A DNA stretch of 63,112 nucleotides, counting the filler, from Rozella allomycis CSF55 (taxonomy: Eukaryota): the NCBI GenBank assembly GCA_000442015.1. It is 9 parts of 9 records of this genome, joined end to end, with 100 filler letters (N's around TTAATTAATTAA, not from the genome) between each part and the next. Parts side by side here need not be neighbours in the genome. Positions count along the whole stretch, not along the records: positions 1 to 27,272 come from KE561029.1; positions 27,373 to 30,188 come from KE561031.1; positions 30,289 to 42,405 come from KE561033.1; 6 more parts are not named here. The stretch is one strand, 5' to 3'. Under the pieces are notes generated by a model. That model saw only the letters and a program-made list of their open reading frames with translations. It did not search any database and was not told where the DNA came from. Positions 24,000 through 35,506 of this stretch are shown piece by piece (positions within the stretch are counted from its first letter, which is position 1; each line of letters starts with the position of its first letter). A program made the translations under genes and the position numbers.

Positions 24000-26159
24000 T
24001 TAACGACCACCTCTTTCTTTAATCGAGAGCGATATTTTAACATCTGGACTAATCAGGTAGGAAGCCAGCGATTGTTCATTCTTTAGGTTTGAAAAACCAG
24101 GGACGGTAATCTTTTGTTTCGATATAGGAAAATTTAATTTGGCAAAGATTGATTCTTTTAATCTTTGAATTGAATCTTTAAGATTGAGCATAATAGGAAG
24201 TGATTGACCTTTGAGATTCCAGTCTGGTTTCTCTGGAACATTTGGGCATTGAACAGTCAACTTTACAACATTCTATTTGATAAAAGGAAAATGTTTACTG
24301 GATATAATGCGATAAGAGATTTTTCATCTTTTGGTTTTTGTGGTTCATCAACTTTGATTTTCTTCTCAGGGGGTTCAGGAATAGGAGCTTTGGCTTTAGG
24401 CATTGGAGGTAAAGGAATTTTAGAAGAAAACGTAGAAATAGTAGGGTTTGTACTTTTAGGAGCAGTTGGGATTAAAAATGTTTGAGGCGCTGGCCCGATC
24501 GTTGATATTGGCGTTGACGCTTCTTGTTGAACGTTCTTGGCCATTTCTTTAGCGATAGTTTTTGAAGCNTTTAGCGATAGATTTTGAAGCTGCGTGTCCA
24601 TCCCATTGAACAACATTTTCATTTATTTTTTCTTTTTCTTGAGGCTGTTCTCCTTTGCCAAAAATGTCGCTTCGTTTCTTTGCAAAATCTTCCATGTGTT
24701 TTCCAATATCGTAACCTTCTTGAACATAATTAGTAGACCCTTGTTTAGCCAGCATTCGATCTCTTTGTTCTTTCCATTTAGGATCCAAAAGTTCAATTCT
24801 CATGTGTTCTTGTAATTCACTTGAAAGAATCATTTGATTACAAACTGGACACAATTGCAGTTGATCTGAAGGTTTCGCGTGTTTCAAAAGTTCCGCCTTT
24901 GGAATATAATTTGTTTTTATTTTAACAGAAGCCATCGTTTCAGGAACAATCACTTTAGGCTCTTCTACTGGCGCTTCTTCTTCATCGTCCATATCCATGT
25001 CCATATCCATCTATTATATCCAAATTAAAACAATTTTACATCTTCATCTTCTTCTTGATAATTTTCTTGGTTCGCAACTGGAAAGGTTTCATTCACAGTT
25101 TTCTTTTGAAGCATCGTTAATGATTTCATCGTGGCTTGATCTATCGGCCCTGGAAGATCAACGTGTAGATCCATTTCTTTAAAATCTATCGTCTGAACTA
25201 TAACAAAATCATTCCAATCTATTTGATTGTACATTTCTTCTTCCCTGGCCCTCTGTTCTTCTTCCATTTTTCTTTGCTCTTCTGTGTACAATTCATACTC
25301 TAGTCTCCCCATGATTCTATCCAGCGCATTAAATTTATCATTTGCATCTTTTTCTAGCTTGTCTTTCATATCTTTAGATGGTATCAACACTTTTGTGTAC
25401 TGCTCAATCAATGCATTAAAAAATGGAAATAGTGAATGCTGTGGCTTGAGAAAGTCAAACTGGAAGTTCTTGGCTTCTCTCTGTGAAACCATCGTCATAA
25501 ACTGTCTACCATTTCTAGCTACAAACAATGCCGTCAATTTTATCACATCCCTATTATAAAAATCATTTAAAATTACANTGGAGGATGTTCAAAATAGAAC
25601 TCAAACTTTTCTGGCTCTGGAGGTGCTGCATTTTGCTTATTGGTGGCTTTGTTATTTTTCTGAACTAGAACATCCTCTTCAATTGGTTTCAATAACACTC
25701 TTCCTTCACTGATTTCTTGAAGCTTGTATGTATAATACAAATGGTACGGATCCATCGGATTCAAAAAAGAGAAACGCGGATTGCCCTTTTCGTTCTCTCT
25801 AATTCTCTCTTGAAATTCAGCACCATTTTTAACAACAAAACCAGCAGTTTTATCAATAATTACTATGAAATATCACAAAAATCCTTACATCGAAGCTCAA
25901 CGGGTGGATAGATAACATCCTTCACATACTCTGTATCTATTGTAATCCCAAGCTCTTTCAACTTTTCCCTATAATACGCGTGATATTGGTCATTTGCTTT
26001 CAAAAACGCAAATCTGGGATTTTCAGCTTCGTCTCTTCTTATTCTTTCCTGCGTTTCAAGCCCCATTTTAGCAATAAAATTGGCAGTCTTTTCAATAACA
26101 TCTCTTAAAATTATAAAAAGTTGTGTACCTTTTATCTCTTTGGGTGGAATGACAGTCAT
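24000..26159 (-). CDS. SF3A1: Splicing factor 3A subunit 1 (Prp21)
   Basis: SURP domains, YNQIDWNDFVIVQTIDF, CPVCNQMI..ELQEHMRIELLDPKWKEQ, VQWDGH, C-terminal ubiquitin-like domain ending SIKERGGR. Confidence 0.95.
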
Positions 26160-26197
26160 AAAATTATTAGTGAATTTTCCTAAAGCAATTTCAAATA

Positions 26198-27091
26198 ATG
26201 CAAAACACCTCTATTTTACCTAGCTTTGTGGACGGCGTGTCCTTGTTGGATATCGAGCACGGAAAAAGCACTATCAAGCAAAATTCAAACTATTCTTTGA
26301 ATGGTGCAAAGCAGCATACTCAACAACCCATTTTGACTGGAACGTCAGTTATAGGCATTGTCTACAAGGATGGCGTTATGATGGCGGCCGATTGTCTTGG
26401 TAATAATTGTTTAGTCTTCATATATAGCTTCATACGGGTCCCTAGCTCGCTTTAGAGATGTTCGCCGTTTTACGCCATTTCAAAACAATACAATTATTGG
26501 GTAAAGATAATTAAGTATTTTTATTAAGTTCTTCTGGAGAATATAGCGACTTGCAACAGATGCAGCAAATATTGGAGTCTCTCGCCATTTCTGAATATTG
26601 CTACCAAGACCATTATCAATTGAACACTAATAATGTCTTTGAATATTTAAGAACTGTTATGTATGGAAGAAGAACAAAAATGAATCCTTTATGGAATTCA
26701 CATGTTATTGGGGGTCTTGTTTCCGGAAAACCGTAATTGCTCTCATGATTACTGATAGATTTCTGGGATACGTTGATTTACTTGGCACAAGTTATAAGGC
26801 TAGCACTATTGCTACAGGCTTTGGCGCTTACCTGGCTCAACCTTTGTTACGCAAGGCAGTGGAAGGAAGAGAGAATGAAATCGATGAGCAAGAAGCATTG
26901 CAAATCTTGGAAAATTGTATGAGAGTTCTTTTTTATAGAGATGCTCGATCATTAAATAAGGTATATTCTTCATGCTGTAAGCATAGATACAAATCGCTAA
27001 AGTTACAACCGAGGGTGTCGACATTTCCGATCCATATTCTCTTGAAACTCAGTGGGACTTTGCAGAGCACATTCGCGGTTATGGAGCTTAA
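26198..27091 (+). CDS. PSMB4: 20S proteasome subunit beta-7 (Pre4)
   Basis: TQQPILTGTSVIGI, AADCL|ASYGSLARF, YGRRTKMNPLWN, ATGFGAYLAQPLLR, CMRVLFYRDARSLN, end WDFAEHIRGYGA*. Confidence 0.95.
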
Positions 27092-27272
27092 TAAAATATA
27101 AATGTTAAAGTTGACACATATAAATATGAATTTAAGATATATTTGACTATAATTTTTAAAACGTCATTTAACTAACGCCAATGATTGGTAGATGAAGTAT
27201 ATTTAGGCAATTTTGGGGCATATTCTCTTCTTTTTGGTAAGAAATTGCAGAAACCATTCGAGGCTCGATATT

Positions 27273-27372
27273 NNNNNNNNNNNNNNNNNNNNNNNNNNNN
27301 NNNNNNNNNNNNNNNNTTAATTAATTAANNNNNNNNNNNNNNNNNNNNNNNNNNNNNNNNNNNNNNNNNNNN
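27273..27372. other. Artificial contig linker (N44-TTAATTAATTAA-N44); same linker at 30189-30288, 42406-42505, 45381-45480, 51646-51745, 54389-54488, 58929-59028, 60696-60795
   Basis: Identical 100-nt spacer with stops in all six frames, repeated eight times; genes are truncated at these points. Confidence 0.98.
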
Positions 27373-27584
27373 TCAGATTGTGCTTTGCCATGACCATAAA
27401 CAAAGCGCAGGGCCAAACGTTGAAAAAGGTAGGCATCTTTTTACCAGATCCTGTGTTCACTCATGGACAACTTTATGTGGCTTTATCGCTTTCAAGATCT
27501 ATGAATGACATCTCAGTCCTCAATTACAGCAATCAAAATCCATTACAAGTCACAAACGTTGTTTATCGTGAGATTATGACATAG
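27373..27584 (+). CDS. Helitron RepHel PIF1-family helicase, C-terminal fragment
   Basis: RLCFAMTINKAQGQTLKKVGIFLPDPVFTHGQLYVALS...TNVVYREIM, characteristic of Helitron helicases. Confidence 0.92.
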
Positions 27585-27747
27585 CATATCATGTAAAGGT
27601 ACTTGACAATACGGCCTGGGATCCGTCAAGACTCCTCCCCCATGATATGTGACGGCAAAATCAATCACGTAAATGACGCATCAAAACTCAAATAAAAACA
27701 TTTTAATAAAGACAAATATTGTGTATGCAATCCTGGGACTTATCAGG

Positions 27748-28217
27748 TGTGACCTTACTACAGGTGTCCCCCTACCCTTCTCAACTTTAATACCAAACAC
27801 TTTTTTTCAAATCCACCGCAAATCACTATCAGCAACGATCATTGCACATGTCAATTAATATATTTTTTGCATTTGCACTTTACAGTTGTGACCTTACTAC
27901 AAGTGTCCCCCCTATCCATCTCAACTTTAATACCAAACACTTTTATCAAATCCACCGCAAACCACTATCAGCAACGTTCATCGCACATGTCAATTAATAT
28001 ATTTTTTGCATTTGCACTTTACAGTTGTGACCTTACTTTACTACAGGTGTCCCCCCTATCCATCTCAACTTTAATACCAAACACTTTTATCAAATCCACC
28101 GCAAACCACTATCAGCAACGATCATTGCATATGTCAATTAATATATTTTTTGCATTTGCACTTTACAGTTGTGACCTTACTTTACTACAGGTGTCCCCCC
28201 TATCCATCGCAACTTTA
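27748..28217 (+). repeat. Tandem array of 139-144 bp units, about 3.3 copies
   Basis: Unit starts TGTGACCTTAC at 27748, 27887, 28026 and 28170; near-identical copies, the fourth degenerating toward 28320. Confidence 0.95.
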
Positions 28218-28339
28218 CTGTCAATGAGGTTGCAAAAACACCAGATGCCACTATCAGGAAAGGTAAAAATTCAACATGCTCAAAAATATCGTTCTCATTA
28301 TCTATTTAGATTTTACAGTCGTCATACCCTGGTTGCAAA

Positions 28340-29289
28340 ATGGTAGTAAATGACGACAAAGAAAAGAAAAAACGTGCCAAAAATCGCGAATATTTGAGAC
28401 AAGGATTAAAGATTACTAAACATCTAGAAACGAAACAGATCTATGATAAGAATTTACGTAAAAAGAACGCCAGTATTAGTCAACATGTCTATAAACGACT
28501 TATGCTCTCTAAAACCCCGGAACAAAAAGAATGTCATAAATATTTATTGACCTCAGGTATTTTTCGTCTATCTGCATCGATTGTGAAAAGTTATGGAGTG
28601 AATAGTTCTGACATTTTAAATCAATTACAGTCTACAGAAAATTCCTATGACAGCATTTTTCAGGATAAAAGTAAAGCGTTTGCTTTGAATAACAAACGTT
28701 TTCGGAAAAATTTTAATTCACCACGAAAGCAAGCTAAAATAGATTTGGGAAGAGCATTTAAGGACAAAATGAACAAAATTGCAAGAGATTATGTCGGTGA
28801 AAACTATTTTGTTAGCGATTTTGTTGCGCTCAAGTCGGAATGTAACTGTCCAGAGCAGGCTGTACATTCCGACAACGACACGTCGTTGTCCAACCAGTTT
28901 GCAGAAAAATTTCCTTTACGCGCAATTTTGGCACTTGAACATGGAACGAGGCTTAAGGTTTTTAAAGGAGGCATAAATACTGTTACGGTTACTAAAGAAC
29001 AAATGATGGAGGTTAAAATTCCAAAAGGTAGTATTGCATTCTTTTTAGGCTATCTTCCACATGCCGGCTGTCATTACGAGAATGAGAACACAAGAATACA
29101 TTTTTTGTGTTCGCACAGAGACGTGAACATAAACACAGCGGCCACCTATATNACACAGCGGCCACATATATAATCGATCTTGACGAGAACGATGACTATT
29201 TGCCTTCTTTTTCTGTTGCTGTGGCCCCAGAAAACAATGAATATGCTTATAATACTCGCAGTGCTAGCAAGCTCAAACCCAGCCAATAG
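28340..29289 (+). CDS. Intronless 2OG-Fe(II) dioxygenase (PhyH-like fold) with basic N-terminus
   Basis: Q-x-x-H-x-D (EQAVHSD), PLRAILALEHGTRL, KGSIAFFLGYLPHAG, NTRIHF give an HxD...H...R signature. The break at n 29152 is a 19-20 nt assembly duplication. Confidence 0.7.
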
Positions 29290-29422
29290 CGCATATAAAT
29301 ACATTTATTAATTGTTTTAATGAACTATGTTTTTTTGCTACAAATAGTACAATGCGAGCGAAGCGAGCACAACTGCTAGTTAGGGTAAAAAATGTTGACC
29401 AGGGTTGTCAAGTGGTACCGTA

Positions 29423-29670
29423 CTAGCGGTTGTACTCGCTTCGCTCGCATTACAAAATTACATATGTTCGTTATTTTTCACAAGGCATCGCATGAATTTG
29501 CAATTTGATAGGCATCTATACAGAGAATGCATATTTGTGTTTTACGAAAAGCATTTTGTTTCTAGCGGTTGACATTGCTTCGCTCACATTAATAGAGTTA
29601 CATATACGGCCCCGGGTTCCCACCACATTGTCCATGGTTAGGGTTTATGCTCGCTTCACTCGCATTCATA
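29423..29670 (-). mobile_element. Opposite-strand Helitron 3' termini (three, progressively degenerate)
   Basis: Reverse-complement GCGAGCGAAGCGAGTACAACCGCTAG|T ending 29423; degenerate copies ending about 29562 and about 29639. Confidence 0.7.
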
Positions 29671-30384
29671 ATTCTAATGCTTTTTATAGACCATTGCCTT
29701 GAAGCAAAGGCGAGAGTAACAAAGAGAATATTGTTTATTTGCACAATTCACATTACATTTTACCAACATCCGAAGCGCTTATTGAGTAGTTTTGGCTCAA
29801 ATGACAACTCAGAGGCACTCGTTATAACAAATCGGCCGACTCAATATGGTGATCAATTCTATTGATGACAACCGCTTACTACCATGGAAACTCCGCTGTT
29901 AGTATTACAGATTTACCCATGACTATTTTATCCACATCCGAAAGTCGAAACGCTTAAATTGTAGTTTAGACCCAGAAGACAACGTATAAGCATGCAAAAT
30001 AAAAAATATCACTCATTATTGGCATCATGCATGGTTCAATTCTATTATTTTGGAAAAGAGTTGCGAAAATAGTTTGTTTATGAATACATTGATTTGAGGG
30101 AAATTTAAATGTTTTTTTATATTTAAATTAATTTATTTAAAAAATTACTACATAGTATTTCTTGAAAAGATTCGGGAAAATGATTTTANNNNNNNNNNNN
30201 NNNNNNNNNNNNNNNNNNNNNNNNNNNNNNNNTTAATTAATTAANNNNNNNNNNNNNNNNNNNNNNNNNNNNNNNNNNNNNNNNNNNNAGACGTTATATT
30301 TCATTGCATTATTAACAATTAATAAGTTAAAGCCTTTTTCGAATACTTTCCTTTAAACTTAAGATTAATTAACGGGGTATTTAT

Positions 30385-31690
30385 TTAATCAAGTTGCTCT
30401 GGGCTAAAAATATTTAATGGTTTTTGGTTTTGTAAAATAACGTGATATTTCATTGCATTTAATTTCTTCATAAAGTCTTTCATTTCAACGTTTCTTAATT
30501 CGCTTGGATTTTCTGGATTATTTCTTATTCTTTCTTGCACTGGAATCATTAAAGTTGCCAGGACAAATTTTTTTAAATCGCTCCCTGAAAATAGATTTCT
30601 TTTTTTTGCTATTTCATCAATATCAACATCATCATGCAAACTGGAATTCCTTCAAATCGCTCCCTGAAAATAGATTTGTTTCTTTTGCTATTTCATCAAT
30701 ATCAACATCATCATGCAAACTGGCGCCTTGCAGTAACTTTTCTTATCAAAAAGTGAACTTTACCTTTTTCAAAATTTCTTTTCTTTGAATTTGATTAGGG
30801 AGATTAATGACAATTCTTTTAGAGAGCCTTCTTTGAAATGCTGAATCAATATCGTTAGGTCGATTAGTCGCGCCTAAAATAACAACTCTTGAATTTCCAG
30901 TCATCAGACCATCCCATAAGCTATTATTAAACTCTATGCTTTCTTACCTCATCATTTCTGTCTTCATAATTGCGACTACTTCATGGTCTTTCGATTGCCT
31001 ATCTCTCAACAAAGCGTCAATCTCGTCAATGAAGATTATTGATGGCTGAATCTTTGTTGCCAAACTAAACAATGCATGCACAAGCTTTTCGGATTCACCA
31101 AGCTTTCATAACTTGATATTATTCTTACATATTTATCCATTAACGTCGACGCTCTTATATTAATAAAACGTGCATTAGCTTCTTTGGCTAAAGATTTGGC
31201 AATTAAAGTCTTTCCAACACCAAAAAGTTATAAAGATTTCAATTCATTACCTGGAGGGCCTTGCAGGAGTACCCCTTTTGGCGCCGCAATAGATAGGCCT
31301 GCTTGCTGAAAAAGTTCAGGGCGACATAATGGCAACAGCACACTCTCCTTGAGCTCGTCGATTATATCATCCAGACCGCCAATATCTATAATGCATGGTT
31401 ATACTTGCTAGTTACCTTCAAAGGAATCTTTGATATCTTCTGGGTCAACAACTTCATTTGCAATTATCTCTTCATGCGAGTTCAATGCCATATCAGGCAC
31501 GCCCAGCTTTTTGAACAATTTCTTTCTATTTTTCTTTGCTTCCTCATACTTCTCCTGTTGCTGCTTGATCGGCTGAAGAAACTGATTGAAAAAATAGACA
31601 GTTATACAAGTGGTTATTACATACATAGAGACTTTTATCAATATTTTATATTAGGTTACTTTCAGGCCATGAGATTTTAGAGGCCACCAT
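30385..31690 (-). CDS. MSP1: Msp1/ATAD1 membrane-anchored AAA ATPase (3' end disturbed by a 79-nt duplication near the contig end)
   Basis: N-terminal [85 protein letters not shown]. Confidence 0.88.
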
Positions 31691-31717
31691 AAAGTTTCTA
31701 AATAGGAAATTTGCAAT

Positions 31718-33189
31718 ATGAAGCTTAAGAGAATCCTTCTTCGCTATTATCCACCAGGTAAAAAAAAATCTTTACATGATTCCAAGGTTTGATATTTGAA
31801 TATTCTCAAGATGAATCCAATGAAGACAATTTACATAGAATAGTTGATTTATTGGATTTACATTCAGAGTAAGACATTGTCGACTTGATTAATTAGAGAA
31901 GTGATATTGAATCTGTTGTAGCTCAAGTATATAGAATAGAACCGTACATATCACCAAATAAAAGAGATTTGGTCACTAAAATGATTCAAAGTAATATTGC
32001 AAAATCAATAAACATCAGAATTAGTCAAGGCTCAAGAAAGGCCTGCAATCATTGAATTACAAAAACAATTTCAAGTCAAATCAGAAGGAATACCCTTTAC
32101 AAATTTCTGCGTGTCAAGAAATAACCTGTAATGTGCAAAAGACATTTACATAGAATATGCACCGTTGGCTATGACAGATCTTGTCGTATACTAGATTCTG
32201 AATCTCAAAAAGAAGTTGCACATTTTAAGGGACATGAAGATGTGACTGTTAACGCTACATTCAACTCACCATTCGATAATTACCTCATCTCATGCTCAAT
32301 GGATAAAACTGTTAGGGTTTGGGACATCCCAAAAGAAAAACAATTGATGAAATTGAATCACGATGATGGTGTTGTGTGCCTATCTTTTGAACAAACAGAG
32401 CAGACGTTGGCCTCGGCCGCTTTGGACGGGAATGTATCGTTGTGGGATTTGAGAATAAGAAATCCGATTAATTCATTCAAGGCTCATGATGCTGAAGTTT
32501 ATGATATTTCCTTGTCTCACATGAATTCTTTGCTACTGACCGTTGGATTGGACAAAACAGTAAAAATGTGGGATTGGCGCAACATGAAAGAGTAAAGTTT
32601 CAAATTTAATTTGAGAGATATTTATTCTTGGATGGATTTAGCGATTTCGTCTCTTCAGCCTTGTTTCCATATAATGCTTCATTAATTGCAACAACTTGTT
32701 TGGATGGAAATGTTCGTGTTTATGATGCTCTTACTGGGAACTTATTACAACAAATAGAGTAAAAAACTTTCTCGCTTTAAATAGCATGAAGTCTCAAATA
32801 CTCGCCGCTTGTTTTGATGCGCGTGGAACAATTTATGCTGTTGGGCTTGCTGATGGCATGGTTAAGGTGTACCTTGTGGATGGAAACCAATTAAAAATAT
32901 TTAAAGAGTATAATGGAGACTCAGAAGTTGTTAATGTATGACTTTTGGTATGATATTCTAGCTATCAATTGATTTGACGGGCACGTATCTTACATGTTGC
33001 CGCGCCGATAACATGGTGAGCTTGTACAACTTTAACGATGATTCAAATAGATTCAAAGTAAACAACTTCGATTGGTAATTTAAGATTGATTCGTACTCAA
33101 TGCCTTTCAGGAGTTGCACTAGTTATGATGGGAAACATCTCTATTTTGGGACAGAAAATGAGGTTGTGACATATTCAGTTGTATCTTAA
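31718..33189 (+). CDS. DAW1: Dynein assembly factor with WD repeats 1 (ODA16/WDR69)-like, multi-exon
   Basis: Diagnostic N-terminus MKLKRILLRYYPP|G..ILEY..., then WD40 repeats (GYDRSCRI, GHEDV..ATFNSPF, SMDKTVRVWD, AHDAEV, GLDKTVKMWD). Confidence 0.8.
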
Positions 33190-33263
33190 ATAAATCTTTT
33201 TGAATAATTGTATTCCATTCTTCCGTGTTTGATAAAAATAGACATTTTTAGTGGCTGGTGCAA

Positions 33264-35282
33264 ATGACAGTTGAAAAGAAAAAGTTTGAAAGTGAGAATC
33301 TCGATGAAAATTTTTTTGGGATAGATAAATATGTAAATAATGGCTTGAAAGGATTTTCTGGCCTAATTAAGGAAAAGTAAGTAAATAGTTTACACTGGAT
33401 AAAGAGCGTTTGATTTTATGGTGAATGAAATTGACAATGACTTAAATATTATAAGATTAGAAGATTTCAAAGAGCAGCTAGAATCCTTAAAAGCAGAAGA
33501 AAAACTCAAACAAGAAGAGAATCGTAAAAAGGAATTGGAGATGCAAGAGAAAATAAAGGTATACATATTAATTCGAAAAAATAGGAAAATATTGATTTAT
33601 ACATTAATGAATTCAGCCAGTACATGGACGAAGATCAATTTATTCTATTCAAGGAAATCGTTTCAAATGTATCTTCTGAAAATGTCGCCAAATTGCATGC
33701 TCTAGATAAAGAAACAAGAGCTTCATGCCATGAAAAAATAAAAATGTATTTTCCTGGCTTGGTTTCTGAAACCAGTGACGGAATTGTCCAGATTAAAAGA
33801 AAATCATCTGCTAAGGGTATAAAATATGAGATTTAAAAATCAGATGATCGTAACAGAAACAAAAGAAGAAACAATAATTCCAAAAATATTATTTCCTTTC
33901 ATTTATACAAAGATAGAAAAGATACAATGGAAGCGTTGAATCAAATCGGGCGTATTCTCAAGTAACGCTTTTCTATTAATTATAATAGGGTTGATCCTGG
34001 CAAATTTCAGTTTGCTGGAAACAAAGACAGGAGAGCCATTACTGTTCAAAGAATTAGCGTTCCAAACGTTGAACCAATTAGATTGNTTAGCGTTCCGAAC
34101 GTTGAACCAATTAGATTGTTGAGTTTGAACGAAAAATTTTGGACTCCAAATATGCGCATTTCTTCACCAAAGTAAAATAATTTTTTTACCTTGTTACAAA
34201 GAATTATTGAAAACCAACTCCAACTTGGCGCCTTGTTTGGCAATCATTTCCAAATCGCAATCAGAAATGTTGAGAATTTGAGCGCGGAAGAAATAGATGA
34301 ATCTTTTCAAGCGTTGTCCGATAATGGATTCATTAATTATTTTGGAATGCAAGGATTCGGTTGCACAAATGTTCCTACCCATGTCATTGGAGAGGCTTTG
34401 ATAAAGTCTGATTGGGAGACAGCTGTAAATCTCATACTTTCACCAAAAAACATCGGTAACAATTTATTTTGCCTTGAAAATAGATGACGATGCCACAATG
34501 AATGCTAGAAAGATTTGGTTTGAAGAGAAAGATGCAGTAAAGGCAGCCAAAGCATTCCCAATGAGAAACACTTCTGAAAAGAGAATATTGTTTCACCTTG
34601 CAAAAGATAATTGTAGTTCTGATTTTGCGGGAGCGATTGCTGCTATTCCAAGAGAAATGCGAATGATGTATTTACACAGCTACCAGAGCTTCATTTGGAA
34701 TCATGCTGTTTCTCATAGAATCGAGAAATTTGGAATGAAAGTCTTGGAAGGTGATATTGTTCCAAATCCTTTAAACAAATCTGAGCCAATTATTGTTACT
34801 AATGAGAATATCGAGAAATATTCCATTTTCGACATTGCTTTGCCTTTGCCAGGGTCCTCTGTTATTTACCCAGAAAATGAAACCAAGAAAATTTATGAAG
34901 AGATTCTTTTAAATCATGGAAAAGATTTCTCTTCATTGTCAAATAAGAACAAGTAAAACATATTCTGTGCATTGAAAGATTAATTGATTTGAGTGGTGAT
35001 TATAGAAAGATTGTTGTAAAGCCTTTAAATATGGCCTGGAAGCAACTCAGCTATTCTAGCAATGATGAGCAATTGATGCTATCCGACTTTGAGAAGCTTG
35101 AAGGCAAAGAATTGGAATTGAAAGATGGGCCACTTAAAGGTATCGTTGTTGAATTCAGTTTACCGTCTTCTTCGTATGCCACTATGGCACTTAGAGAAGC
35201 TATGCGAATGGAAACAAGTTCCAGTCATCAAAGAAATTTGAGCAAGCGCATAAAACTAGAAAGTGAAATTGTTAATGAATAA
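33264..35282 (+). CDS. PUS7: tRNA pseudouridine synthase Pus7 (TruD family)
   Basis: GFSGLIKE, FHLYKDRKDTMEA, FAGNKDRRAITVQ, LGALFGNHFQIAIRN, GFINYFGMQ, MYLHSYQSFIWN, DIALPLPG, GDYRK, FSLPSSSYATMALRE. Confidence 0.93.
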
Positions 35283-35447
35283 ATTGATTAAATTTGAAAT
35301 TAACATGATAAGTTTAGCGTTTATACATTTGCCGAATAGTATGAGCATACAAGTTTTAAATCATCCAGTCTATCCTCCACTATAGAGAAGCATGTCATGT
35401 GAATAATTGAATTATTCATATAGATTTTTGAAACTAATGATGATAAA

Positions 35448-35463
35448 ATGACTCATCACGTGA
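35448..35463 (+). promoter_or_regulatory. Adjacent Gcn4/AP-1 site (ATGACTCAT) and E-box (TCACGTGA) upstream of asparagine synthetase
   Basis: ATGACTCATCACGTGA about 45-60 nt upstream of the ATG at 35507, followed by an AT-rich TATA-like stretch. Confidence 0.55.
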
Positions 35464-35506
35464 TCTAAGGTTATACATATTTAAGCCACTGCAATCTACT
35501 TTCCAT

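Larger units (their letters stand above)
27373..29379 (+). mobile_element. Helitron 3' portion: end of RepHel helicase, internal tandem array, cargo ORF, 3' hairpin and CTAG terminus
   Basis: PIF1-type motifs at 27373-27584; 3' end TGCGAGCGAAGCGAGCA-CAACTG-CTAG|T at 29353-29380. That helicase and terminus belong to one element is inferred. Confidence 0.75.

Noticed and set aside
27317..27328. Recurrent TTAATTAATTAA palindrome inside N runs
   Set aside because: Synthetic six-frame-stop contig linker; adjacency across it (for example PSMB4 next to the Helitron) has no biological meaning.
27748..28217. Possible CRISPR-like array; also ORF 27867-28346
   Set aside because: Whole units repeat with no unique spacers and no cas genes; the ORF is a by-product of the repeat.
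30563..30723. 79-nt tandem duplication frameshifting MSP1
   Set aside because: Near a contig end, with A-run-type changes typical of poor reads; probably an artefact, though unproven.
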